Virus record (IMG/VR): IMGVR_UViG_3300036783_000060
Span: 1 to 31,384 of that record
DNA length: 31,384 nt
From: a virus
Lineage: Duplodnaviria; Caudoviricetes
Strand: one strand, 5' to 3'
The notes beneath the pieces are model-generated. The model did not search any database. It was not told the origin of the DNA and was given only the letters and a program-made list of their open reading frames with translations. Positions 18,515-26,617 of the stretch are shown here, piece by piece. Position numbers and translations under genes: made by a program. Position 1 is the stretch's first letter. Every line of letters starts with the position of its first letter.

Positions 18515-19474
18515 TCAAGAAAAGCCTGCTGGTTTTTCGTCGTAGTTGCCTGATGGCTCAAAACCGCCCCGCCGCTGGCGCCCCGTCTTACCAGCCTGTG
18601 GTAAGCCAGTGGACTGACTAGCAAGATGCCGGGCAAATTTTTGTTCCCACTGTACCTGGTGGAATGCCTTGCCCTCGGCTTTCCAGTAATCCCGAAATGC
18701 CACCAGTTCGTGCGGTTCCCACCCAGTAGCAGGCAGAATCACGTTCCACAGAGCTGCGCGCTGGCGGAAATCCGGAGACGGTTGCCAGTCTGTAGTCATC
18801 GTGGATTTCAAGGCAGGATTATTCGACCAGTAATCCTCGACAGGTTCTGGTGGTGATTCAACCGGTGGAAATCCATCTTCACGCCCGCTCGCGTTATATG
18901 TGGGGTTTAAGATCTGTTTACTGCTTACTGCTTTCTGGAAAGGTCTTGGCAAAGACTTAGCCTTATCCCTAGCCAGAGGATTAGCCAAAGTGAAAGCCTT
19001 ATCGAAAGCCAAGCCCATAGGTTCAGAAACGCCGTGGGACGCGGCTCTTAGCGATTCCAACGCCTCATACTTAAGGTTGCATTCCGGCAGTAATTCGAAT
19101 GCCCGCACCCATGATTTAATAACGTTTACCGATGTTGGCGGGTTGTGCTTTGCTGCATTCGGCAACCAAAAAACTCGGGCTTGGGTGTCAGCTTTCACCA
19201 TACCTAGAGATAAGGCTTCGCCTAAGGCTAAGTCGAAGGCTTCGACATCCCACCCCAATTCCTCGGACAAAGCAGCTCGTCCCGCCTTAAAGAGACCAGG
19301 TATAATCCCGGTGAAAGGCCCTGTAAGTAGGTATACGAACAAGCTCTGCCCACTAGGAGGCAAAGGGGATAACGCCCTGAAACTCGGGTCATCCCACATC
19401 GTTATTTTCACCTTTCGGTAAGGCTCGTTATTAGCCTTACTCTTAGCCAAAGGTTTTGGCATACTATTAGCCAT
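18515..19474 (-). CDS. Replication initiator (O-like) with C-terminal DnaT-like domain
   Basis: MWDDPSFRALS N-terminus; DWQPSPDF...F..YW.AEGK..HQVQWEQKFAR; upstream of the DnaC-like gene. Confidence 0.85.
   Translation of the reverse strand: MANSMPKPLAKSKANNEPYRKVKITMWDDPSFRALSPLPPSGQSLFVYLLTGPFTGIIPGLFKAGRAALSEELGWDVEAFDLALGEALSLGMVKADTQARVFWLPNAAKHNPPTSVNVIKSWVRAFELLPECNLKYEALESLRAASHGVSEPMGLAFDKAFTLANPLARDKAKSLPRPFQKAVSSKQILNPTYNASGREDGFPPVESPPEPVEDYWSNNPALKSTMTTDWQPSPDFRQRAALWNVILPATGWEPHELVAFRDYWKAEGKAFHQVQWEQKFARHLASQSTGLPQAGKTGRQRRGGFEPSGNYDEKPAGFS
18957..19012. repeat. 12-bp-period iteron-like array (probable phage ori)
   Basis: AGCC core at 18959, 18971, 18983, 18995, 19007. Confidence 0.65.
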
Positions 19475-19537
19475 AAATCCGCCTTAAAATCGGCTCATTG
19501 ATGCATCTTTTGAAATGCGTAACTACAAGGAATTGCA

Positions 19538-19732
19538 ATGAAAACCTTTAACCATGTGCTGCCTCATCGCGATGAAATTACCATCGAGCTGTTAGAAGGA
19601 AATGTTGTTCAACTCACTCAAGAAAATCCTTCTGCAAACCAGCCCGATCAACTCAGAATCCATGCTGACGATATTCCAATGCTGATCGACACACTTACTC
19701 GCGCATTAAATGTCGCTAAAGCAGACTTTTAA
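19538..19732 (+). CDS. Small hypothetical protein opposing the pR operon
   Basis: 64 aa, SD AAGGA, fills the gap between two minus-strand genes. Confidence 0.55.
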   Translation: MKTFNHVLPHRDEITIELLEGNVVQLTQENPSANQPDQLRIHADDIPMLIDTLTRALNVAKADF

Positions 19733-19750
19733 TAGAGCACCTGCATAACA

Positions 19751-19987
19751 TCACCGGCGCCCCATACGGCGCCCTGGTACGTGCGGCCGGTCTGGCTTTC
19801 CCTTCACTCGCTTGTAGTGCTTGGCATGGTTCTTTGCCCAAACTAACAACTCGGCAAGGCTAATCCGCGGGTTAGTTGCCTTGTGGTCAATAGCAGCCAT
19901 AGCAACAGATGTGGCTGTAGCCTCATCCAACTTTGCCTCTCGCAACTGAGCGGTAATTTGTTTTAAAAGAAAATCTTGATTGGTCAT
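19751..19987 (-). CDS. Hypothetical protein (78 aa)
   Basis: SD GGAG and ATG at 19987 (MTNQDFLLKQ). Confidence 0.7.
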   Translation of the reverse strand: MTNQDFLLKQITAQLREAKLDEATATSVAMAAIDHKATNPRISLAELLVWAKNHAKHYKRVKGKPDRPHVPGRRMGRR

Positions 19988-20006
19988 TGGTTTATGCTCC
20001 GGTCTA

Positions 20007-20576
20007 CTAAAAACAGCCGCTGAATACCGCCGCGGCACTGGCCATAACTGCAGCCCACCGATCCGGCGGCGCCAGTCTTACCAGCGATTCGATACCCTCA
20101 CGAATTTCTTTCTCGAGCTCGCGCAACGGCGCGCCGAGTAATGCTGCCTGCTTGGCGTCCGCGCATTCTTTGATGGCATCGGCTACCAGCTCAAACTTGG
20201 TTTTCCCCTGCTTTAATCCGTATTTTCTGGCGATCTCGATCGGCATCACGTCGGCGATCACCGGCGCCAGCTGCCGGACATAATCGGCGTATTTCTCCGT
20301 ACGGTTCGGGTTGTCCAGCCAGCGGAATATGTTCTGGCGGTTGTTACGTTCGATGTCGCCAAGCTGTAAGCCCTTCCCCCCGCGCCGAAACCACTCATCA
20401 GTGATCAGCTTCGCAATGGTGTCCTGCGCCTTGCCTGGTAACGTGCTTTGCCACTCTTCGACGGCCAAGCGAACCGTCTCGGGTTTAACGCTGGAACGGC
20501 GGCGCATGGAAGATTGATTTTCTGAACTCAGGCGCTGGCCACCGCCCCTGATAGCATTCTGAAATGCGAATGACAT
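20007..20576 (-). CDS. CII-like regulator (YdaT family)
   Basis: Directly after cro; N.QNIFRWLD and IKECADAKQAALLGAP..EL.KEIREGI motifs. Confidence 0.8.
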   Translation of the reverse strand: MSFAFQNAIRGGGQRLSSENQSSMRRRSSVKPETVRLAVEEWQSTLPGKAQDTIAKLITDEWFRRGGKGLQLGDIERNNRQNIFRWLDNPNRTEKYADYVRQLAPVIADVMPIEIARKYGLKQGKTKFELVADAIKECADAKQAALLGAPLRELEKEIREGIESLVRLAPPDRWAAVMASAAAVFSGCF

Positions 20577-20578
20577 GG

Positions 20579-20809
20579 TTAATCCTCCGCCTGCTGGGAC
20601 AACCCGTCGGAGGGGTTAGGGTAAAGATCGGGGCGTAGTTCGTGGGGTGTCACGCCGGTAGCTTGGTGGATAGGTAGAACGCGATGGGCGGGAACAATTC
20701 CCTTACCATCATTTTTCCACAAGCTAATTGCCATCCGTGAAATACCAAGCATTGAGCTAAGGTTCTTTGCTGAACCAGCAATCTCAATTGCCTTATCAAG
20801 TGCTGTCAT
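20579..20809 (-). CDS. Cro-like repressor (YdaS/Cro family)
   Basis: SD AGGAG; ALDKAIEIAGS..LS..LGIS..AIS.W...TGVTPHELRPDLYP. Confidence 0.88.
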   Translation of the reverse strand: MTALDKAIEIAGSAKNLSSMLGISRMAISLWKNDGKGIVPAHRVLPIHQATGVTPHELRPDLYPNPSDGLSQQAED

Positions 20810-20836
20810 AATTGCTCTCCTGTTATTGAGAATAAA

Positions 20837-20911
20837 AGTAAAGCAATTATTTACCACAAGGTCAAGCAAAAGGTGCCTTGTTAAAGTAAAGCAAACATTT
20901 ACAATGCCAAC
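20837..20911. promoter_or_regulatory. oR region: pR, pRM and two 17-bp operators
   Basis: GTAAAGCAATTATTTAC (20838-54) and GTAAAGCAAACATTTAC (20886-902). pR is TTGACC-N17-TTTACT (minus). pRM is TTGTTA-N16-TACAAT, 6 nt before the cI ATG. Confidence 0.8.
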
Positions 20912-21292
20912 ATGACTACAGAAGAATCGCAACCAAGCCTGATTTCTAGGCTCGAAACATTGAATAAAAAAGGGCTTTCCAAAGCGGAAATGGCTCGGGT
21001 TGCTAACGTCAGTAAGCAAGCTGTTACGGGATGGTTTAAGACCGGAACAATGAGCAAAAAATCGGCACTTGCCATTGCTGATGCAGCTGGCGTATCCCTC
21101 ACGTGGCTTCTTGGTGAAGAAGTCGAAGAAGGTAGTGGCCTTAAACCTAAAGAGTCCGCAATGCTCGAGCTATTCCGCCAACTACCGGAGGCCGAACAAG
21201 AGCGCATGATCGACCTTTTCCAGGTGCGGCTTAAAGAGATCGACGACTACGTTGAGAAGTACTTGAGGGGCCGGTATAAGCCAACGGAGTAG
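20912..21292 (+). CDS. CI-like repressor, HTH only (no S24 peptidase domain)
   Basis: SKAEMARVANVSKQAVTGWF HTH, divergent from cro, 126 aa. Confidence 0.88.
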   Translation: MTTEESQPSLISRLETLNKKGLSKAEMARVANVSKQAVTGWFKTGTMSKKSALAIADAAGVSLTWLLGEEVEEGSGLKPKESAMLELFRQLPEAEQERMIDLFQVRLKEIDDYVEKYLRGRYKPTE

Positions 21293-21360
21293 TTTTTAAC
21301 TTTCGGACTGTTTAACGCAATTTTTAAAGCATGCACTCCAGAAAAAATGTAAGGAAAACA

Positions 21361-21708
21361 ATGCTAACATCCGATGGATTCAAAGATTATTTAGCAAGAA
21401 TGAATATTTCCCCAACATGTTTGTGTTGCGGTAATAATCAATGGAGCGCATATGCTGGAGTTGCATCAGATAACATCATCGCCGATGGAGATGTAAGTTA
21501 TACCCCTGTTAATGCTCTTGGTCTTGTGGCTATGACAACCAATCAAGCAGGCCACATAGGCTATACACGGGATGGCGGAATAGCCATTGCATTTCTTACA
21601 TGTAATGGCTGTGGTCATATGATCCCATTTCACTATCATTATGTTGCAAGTCGCTATGCTTTTTTGATTAGTAAGAAAAATACTAAGGGCGGCGAACCTG
21701 ATGAATAG
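21361..21708 (+). CDS. Zn-ribbon accessory protein in the immunity region
   Basis: CLCC...CNGC; AT-rich; SD AAGGA before ATG 21361. Confidence 0.7.
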   Translation: MLTSDGFKDYLARMNISPTCLCCGNNQWSAYAGVASDNIIADGDVSYTPVNALGLVAMTTNQAGHIGYTRDGGIAIAFLTCNGCGHMIPFHYHYVASRYAFLISKKNTKGGEPDE

Positions 21709-22144
21709 TAAAGTGACCCGTGCTAACATTACAGTTGTAAATGAAAATTATGTTCCTGATTTTAGCGAGTACGAAGCCCGTAACTCTCATAGTGGAGGCG
21801 ATGGCGGAGGTGGTAACATGACGGAGCGATTAGAACGTTTAGAAAAGAAAGTAGATTCAATGGAGTCTACTTTGTCGCGCCTGAACGAAACAATGCTTCG
21901 GCTTGACTCCAAATTTGATCGCGTTGATGACAGATTTGGTTCAATCGAAAAAAGCTTTGGTGAAGTTGACAAGCGACTTGAGTCTGCGATGAAAGGAATT
22001 GGCGAAAAAATCGAAGTGGCAACAAAGCTCACCGAAGCAAGTACCAAAACTGCAGTTGCAGAAGCTAAGCTTGCGATAATCCTAGCGGTGCCTGCTATCA
22101 TAGGGGCTATATATACAGCTTACCGCCTACTTTCAAAACAGTAA
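21701..22144 (+). CDS. Coiled-coil protein with C-terminal TM helix
   Basis: Heptad repeats, then LAIILAVPAIIGAIYTAY; overlaps the upstream gene. Confidence 0.75.
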   Translation: MNSKVTRANITVVNENYVPDFSEYEARNSHSGGDGGGGNMTERLERLEKKVDSMESTLSRLNETMLRLDSKFDRVDDRFGSIEKSFGEVDKRLESAMKGIGEKIEVATKLTEASTKTAVAEAKLAIILAVPAIIGAIYTAYRLLSKQ

Positions 22145-22195
22145 CTTTTATCCGGCCACCTTCCGGACCAGTCGATCATAATGCACCTCTTTTCT

Positions 22196-22220
22196 AACCG
22201 GCCACTGTGCCGGTTTTTTT
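22196..22220 (+). terminator. Terminator of the cI operon (timm-like)
   Basis: AACCGGC-cactgt-GCCGGTT-TTTTT. Confidence 0.8.
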
Positions 22221-22236
22221 GTGCCCAGCCCCGCAA

Positions 22237-22300
22237 GTAAACCCATGCTTTACCATTTTTGACATTATTACTTGACTGCAAAGTAAAGAACATGTTTACT
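22237..22300 (+). promoter_or_regulatory. oL/pL
   Basis: Operators GTAAACCCATGCTTTAC (22237-53) and GTAAAGAACATGTTTAC (22283-99); TTGACT-N17-TTTACT. Confidence 0.8.
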
Positions 22301-22497
22301 TAGACCCATCGCAGCAACGAGTCATCAAGGCAGGATGCCCACGAAGTAGCCGCCACCGGCGCACGAAAAGGTGGATGAGATGACAGAAGCAGACGCGCAG
22401 CAGGTACAAACGTTCTGACAATTCGGGAAAGACCGGAGGACCGCCGGAAAGACGGCGAGCATAACCAATGTTCAACCACGCGATTGAGGGTTAACCA

Positions 22498-22695
22498 ATG
22501 ATCAGCACAGCAATTCCTCACAGCGGTAAGGCCACCAGCTTCCGCAACAAGCGTACCGGCGCGGCATGGGTGGCGCATTACGATATACACGGCCAGGTAT
22601 ATCGCTTTGAGCCAACCGGCAATCTTCGTGCAATCAAGGCGCCGTTTGAATCTCGCAGTATTCCGCCATATTTCGAGCCAGCCGGTACGCACTAA
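22498..22695 (+). CDS. Early-left hypothetical protein
   Basis: SD GAGGG, 65 aa, first sizable pL gene. Confidence 0.65.
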   Translation: MISTAIPHSGKATSFRNKRTGAAWVAHYDIHGQVYRFEPTGNLRAIKAPFESRSIPPYFEPAGTH

Positions 22696-22774
22696 AACGT
22701 AGCAATTAAATAAGTAATCCACTGACTGATTAATTCAGTCACGGGATCCCATTACCTAAAATCGGAGCATAACC

Positions 22775-23077
22775 ATGATCAAGACTGTAGAAATTAAATT
22801 AAACCTCTTACACAGCAATATCGTTGAAGTATTAAGTGAAGGTGAAACCATTGGCTTTATCGTTAATACAGATAACAAAGAAAAACCTCATTCTCTGGTA
22901 ACCCCAACAGGGAGTGATGCCGGTGATTTCGATTGTCCTAAATGTGCCATTGATGCCGCAGTCCGCAAGCACTTTAACGTAGGCAGCGAGTACGCCACCG
23001 AGTTCGAAGTCAAGGGCCGCCCGTCACCGAAAAAGCTGCTCCTGCTGGCGTTACTGGCGATGCTGGCCGACGAATAG
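22775..23077 (+). CDS. Early-left hypothetical protein (CPKC, hydrophobic tail)
   Basis: SD GGAG, 100 aa. Confidence 0.7.
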   Translation: MIKTVEIKLNLLHSNIVEVLSEGETIGFIVNTDNKEKPHSLVTPTGSDAGDFDCPKCAIDAAVRKHFNVGSEYATEFEVKGRPSPKKLLLLALLAMLADE

Positions 23078-23094
23078 TTGCTGTGTGTAGTCTT

Positions 23095-23120
23095 CCCCGC
23101 CGTCGCTGGCGGGGTTTTTT
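23095..23120 (+). terminator. tL-like terminator
   Basis: CCCCGCC-gtcgct-GGCGGGG-TTTTTT. Confidence 0.8.
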
Positions 23121-23208
23121 AGAGTTATTGAAATGTGTCCAGCGTTTCCCATCCGGGGCGTCAACTCGCCGGGCATATTTCAATATCAACAACCACGAGA
23201 GGTTAACA

Positions 23209-23436
23209 ATGGAGAAGATATTTTCCCCTGTCGCGGCACGAAAGGCACAAGAGGAATATTGCAAGAATAAACGCGTTCCTCATTTCGCGCCAAACGATGG
23301 GATTTGTTTTCGCTGTAAGAAAGATATTTATCAGCAGAATGGGTTACGTGGGTATGAAACCGGTATATCGCTCAATGAAGCAAATACCACGCACGTTATT
23401 TACTGCCCACACTGCAACCGCAGTTACTGCGATTAA
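23209..23436 (+). CDS. Small Zn-finger protein
   Basis: SD GAGG; PHFAP.DG.CFRC...CPHCNRSYCD. Confidence 0.75.
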   Translation: MEKIFSPVAARKAQEEYCKNKRVPHFAPNDGICFRCKKDIYQQNGLRGYETGISLNEANTTHVIYCPHCNRSYCD

Positions 23437-23441
23437 AACGT

Positions 23442-23561
23442 AAAAAGGCCCGCACAAGGCGGGCCAGTCTACCGGCTTAACGTCCCGGAGACGGGTTACC
23501 GGGGAACCACCCCCAATAACCGGAGCATAACCAATGACCAACCGAGGCGGGCCACTGATTG
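23442..23561 (-). ncRNA. Candidate antisense sRNA carrying the anti-RBS sequence UCAUUGGUUAUGCUCCGG
   Basis: GTGCAA-N17-TAGAAT (-10 at 23568-73), minus-polarity terminator GGCCCGC-cttgt-GCGGGCC-TTTTT, and a G-U-rich stem that folds only on the minus strand. Confidence 0.6.
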
Positions 23562-23597
23562 GCCTGCATTCTACCTAAGTTTAAGGAGAATTGCACA

Positions 23598-26500
23598 ATG
23601 CAAAACGTGTATGACTACCACCTAAAGGCAAAACAGAAATCAGGCAATGCGTCGCTTTTTATCTGGTTTGAAGCCAAAAACGATGCCAGGGCAAAACGTG
23701 ACCTCGAAAATTACATTGAGGATGCTGAAATTGATATGTCCGGCTACTTCAAGCCTGTTCGTACAAACCACCCTGTCGTTGATGATCTGCCACCGGAAGG
23801 TGAGTTCTGCGCAAAATGGTGTGAACGCAATGCACTGGACGACAATCTGTCATGGCAGAAAATTATTGCTCCAGCAGCCTCCGTCGAGACAGTACAGAAA
23901 GAACCAAAAGCTGCTGCTGAATACTTCGCGTCAAACCTCGATAAGCACACCGTGATCGCCGCCGCCTGGCTGTATGGTCGCGACTGTCTGAAACTGAGCG
24001 ATGATCAGTTAAAAGCCGCCAAAGCGCTTGTTATGGACGATGCTCAACGCTACCCGCAAAACGTAATTCTGGCGCTTACCAGTCTCAAACAGCACGAGTT
24101 CGTGTATCCAGAAATGCCGATCGTTGCGATAGCCGGCATGAAGGCCGTGTGGCCTCCGTTCGGGAAAGCGCCAGAGCTGGGCAAGCTGTGCCAGTTTGCG
24201 ACCGAATACCTTGATGCCAAGGACGAGCAGCGTGCAGACGTCATAACAAAGTGGACCACCGGTGGCGCCAAGCCAACAGAGCAAGTCGAGGAACAGCCAC
24301 GCACAGAGTCAGGTGCAATCCTCTCTAACGGTACCGAACCTGCCACCGGCACTCCTATCGACTCCCAGCAGATGCTTGAGACAGTGATCGGTTGCGCGCT
24401 GTACCCTTCTGATTTCGACATTTCCAACCCGCCGGGCTCCATCATCCGCGCAGTTACCGAAATGAAAAAGCGCAACGACAAAACGCTCAAGGCTTGGAAT
24501 GAACAGCTCAGCAATACGCCAGGTGTTTTGCAATTCTCCCGTGAAGCGATCGTTGCGCTAATCCGCGGTGCCGAGGAAAACCTCTATCTCACCCCCGGCG
24601 CGCTACGCAGCTACATCAACGCCAATCTGATCGAGGTCGACCCTAAGGCTGTGCAACAAGAACGGGAAACCGCGCAACAAAGTGGCGCTGACTTGCAACA
24701 AACCGCCTCAAATGAGGGTGAAAAAGAAGAAGTGGCGACCGTTGATACTACGGTTGTCGAGTTTGAAACCGAGCGCCGAGCATGGATCCGCAGCGAAGTT
24801 ATAGCGGCATTGAGCGGCGACACCGGCGTTATGGGTGAAGATGACGTTGCTGAGCTCATGGCTGTAATCGGCGAAGGTGTATCGCACACGTATATCGCGC
24901 GACTACTGGCCAAAGAGATTGAGCCGTGCGATCCGTTCAACCAACTGGCTGCAGATGAAATTCATCACCTTACCTGCGACGTGCTGGAAAACTGGGTAGA
25001 TGAAAAAGATCCGCGCATTGCTTTCATCAATGGGCGCGTTGAGTTCTACCTGAAAGAAGCGTGTATATCGCGAGAACAAGCCATCAGTGCTAGCCAGCAA
25101 GAAAACCCAGAGCCAGCACGGGCTGATGCTCCAAATAAGGGCGAAAAAACAGAAGTCGCCCAGCAGCATCAACCTGGCGAACTGCGCAGCATGGGCGGTG
25201 GCCATTTTGATGTATCCGCTCTGTTTGCCGAGTCACCATTGGCCAGTGTCATCGTTGATAAGCCAGCATCAACCGATTTGTCAGGTACAGAGGTGGCGCA
25301 AACCTGTCAGGTGCCATCAACACCGCCATACTTCGAACCTGGCCGTTATCACAACATCCCGAATGAGGTTTATCACTCAGCCAATGGCATTAGCAGCACA
25401 ATGGCTAAGGATGCGCGGATCAGCCTGATGTACTACCACGGCCGCCACGTCATCAAATCTATCAAGCGTGAACGCACCGACGCGCTGACATTCGGCTCGC
25501 TGGTTCACACTCTGGCTCTCGAGCCTGAAAAACTCGACGAAGAATTTAGCGTTGAACCGTTGCTCCCCGAGGGTGCATTCACTGATACAGCGTCAATGCG
25601 CGCGTTTATCGATAACCACAACAAGTCACTGCCAAAAATGACTGACGCCGACACGCTACGTTCAATGATCGAGAAGCACAACGCCACGCTTCCAAGCTCA
25701 CGAGCTTTAGGTGGCAACTACGAAGAAACCGCGCAATTTTATGTCTCGCTGCCGGTTGAGTTTCAAAGCCTAGCGACGGCTGAGCCTACGGCAGCAGCGA
25801 TGAAGGGCTGCATCAAGACGTACAACGCCACCCTGCCAGCACCGCTGAAAACTACCGGCAGCCGTGATGCCCTGCTTGAACAACTGGCGACCATCGAACC
25901 GGAGTTTGTCGAAAAAGAACGCGCGATCCCGGTGCCGCTTCCGGTTAGCGGCAGCAAAGAGGAAATGGCCGCACGTATCAAAACTGTATTACCCTCCGCG
26001 ATTTTTGCAGATGAGGTGATCAGCGAATGGTACAGCTCAAGCGCTGGAAAACAGCAAATCACGCAGCAACAAATGCAGTATGCGAAAGCCATTCAGCGTG
26101 CGCTTTTTACCCACCCGTCAGCAGGCCAAATGTTACAACACCCGCAGCGTGCAGTGGAGGTGAGCTATTTCGGTATTGATGAGGAAACCGGCCTTGACGT
26201 GCGAGTCCGTCCGGACCTTGAAATTGAAGCTGGCGGCCTGCGTATCGGCTTTGACCTGAAAACAGTCACGATGGGGAACGTAAAGCAAAGTGCCCTGCGT
26301 GCCAGGCTGCACCGCGAAATTATCGAGCGTGATTATCACCTGAGCGCAGGCATGTATTGCGACGTGGCCGCATTCGATCAGTTCTTCTGGATCTTCGTTA
26401 ATAAAGACGAGAACTACCACTGGATCGCCATCGTAGAAGCATCTGCGGACCTGCTGGAACTTGGCCGCCTTGAGTACCGTAAAACATTGCGGGATATCAA

Positions 26501-26606
26501 ACAGGCGCAGGATACCGGTATCTGGCCAGAGCCGATCACAGAAGAAATCGTGGACGACATTAACGACTTTGACCAGCGCCGCATGGAAGCGCTGCGCGTA
26601 GCTTAA
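23598..26606 (+). CDS. recE: RecE-like exonuclease VIII
   Basis: SD AAGGAG before ATG 23598. N-terminus resembles Rac RecE (YFKPVRTNHPVVDDLPPEG). C-terminal PD-(D/E)XK: YHSANGISST, RVRPD, DLKT. Confidence 0.88.
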   Translation: MQNVYDYHLKAKQKSGNASLFIWFEAKNDARAKRDLENYIEDAEIDMSGYFKPVRTNHPVVDDLPPEGEFCAKWCERNALDDNLSWQKIIAPAASVETVQKEPKAAAEYFASNLDKHTVIAAAWLYGRDCLKLSDDQLKAAKALVMDDAQRYPQNVILALTSLKQHEFVYPEMPIVAIAGMKAVWPPFGKAPELGKLCQFATEYLDAKDEQRADVITKWTTGGAKPTEQVEEQPRTESGAILSNGTEPATGTPIDSQQMLETVIGCALYPSDFDISNPPGSIIRAVTEMKKRNDKTLKAWNEQLSNTPGVLQFSREAIVALIRGAEENLYLTPGALRSYINANLIEVDPKAVQQERETAQQSGADLQQTASNEGEKEEVATVDTTVVEFETERRAWIRSEVIAALSGDTGVMGEDDVAELMAVIGEGVSHTYIARLLAKEIEPCDPFNQLAADEIHHLTCDVLENWVDEKDPRIAFINGRVEFYLKEACISREQAISASQQENPEPARADAPNKGEKTEVAQQHQPGELRSMGGGHFDVSALFAESPLASVIVDKPASTDLSGTEVAQTCQVPSTPPYFEPGRYHNIPNEVYHSANGISSTMAKDARISLMYYHGRHVIKSIKRERTDALTFGSLVHTLALEPEKLDEEFSVEPLLPEGAFTDTASMRAFIDNHNKSLPKMTDADTLRSMIEKHNATLPSSRALGGNYEETAQFYVSLPVEFQSLATAEPTAAAMKGCIKTYNATLPAPLKTTGSRDALLEQLATIEPEFVEKERAIPVPLPVSGSKEEMAARIKTVLPSAIFADEVISEWYSSSAGKQQITQQQMQYAKAIQRALFTHPSAGQMLQHPQRAVEVSYFGIDEETGLDVRVRPDLEIEAGGLRIGFDLKTVTMGNVKQSALRARLHREIIERDYHLSAGMYCDVAAFDQFFWIFVNKDENYHWIAIVEASADLLELGRLEYRKTLRDIKQAQDTGIWPEPITEEIVDDINDFDQRRMEALRVA

Positions 26607-26617
26607 GGAGCATACCA

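Noticed and set aside
20810-21019. 146-aa extended Cro ORF, and similar extended starts for terS (12314), recE (23559), 23083 and 20038
   Set aside because: The extensions run through operators, terminators or neighbouring genes. Downstream ATGs have proper SD sequences.
22660-22686. PPYFEP shared between the 65-aa ORF and RecE (25323-25346)
   Set aside because: Only six codons with several nucleotide mismatches and no flanking similarity, so probably chance.
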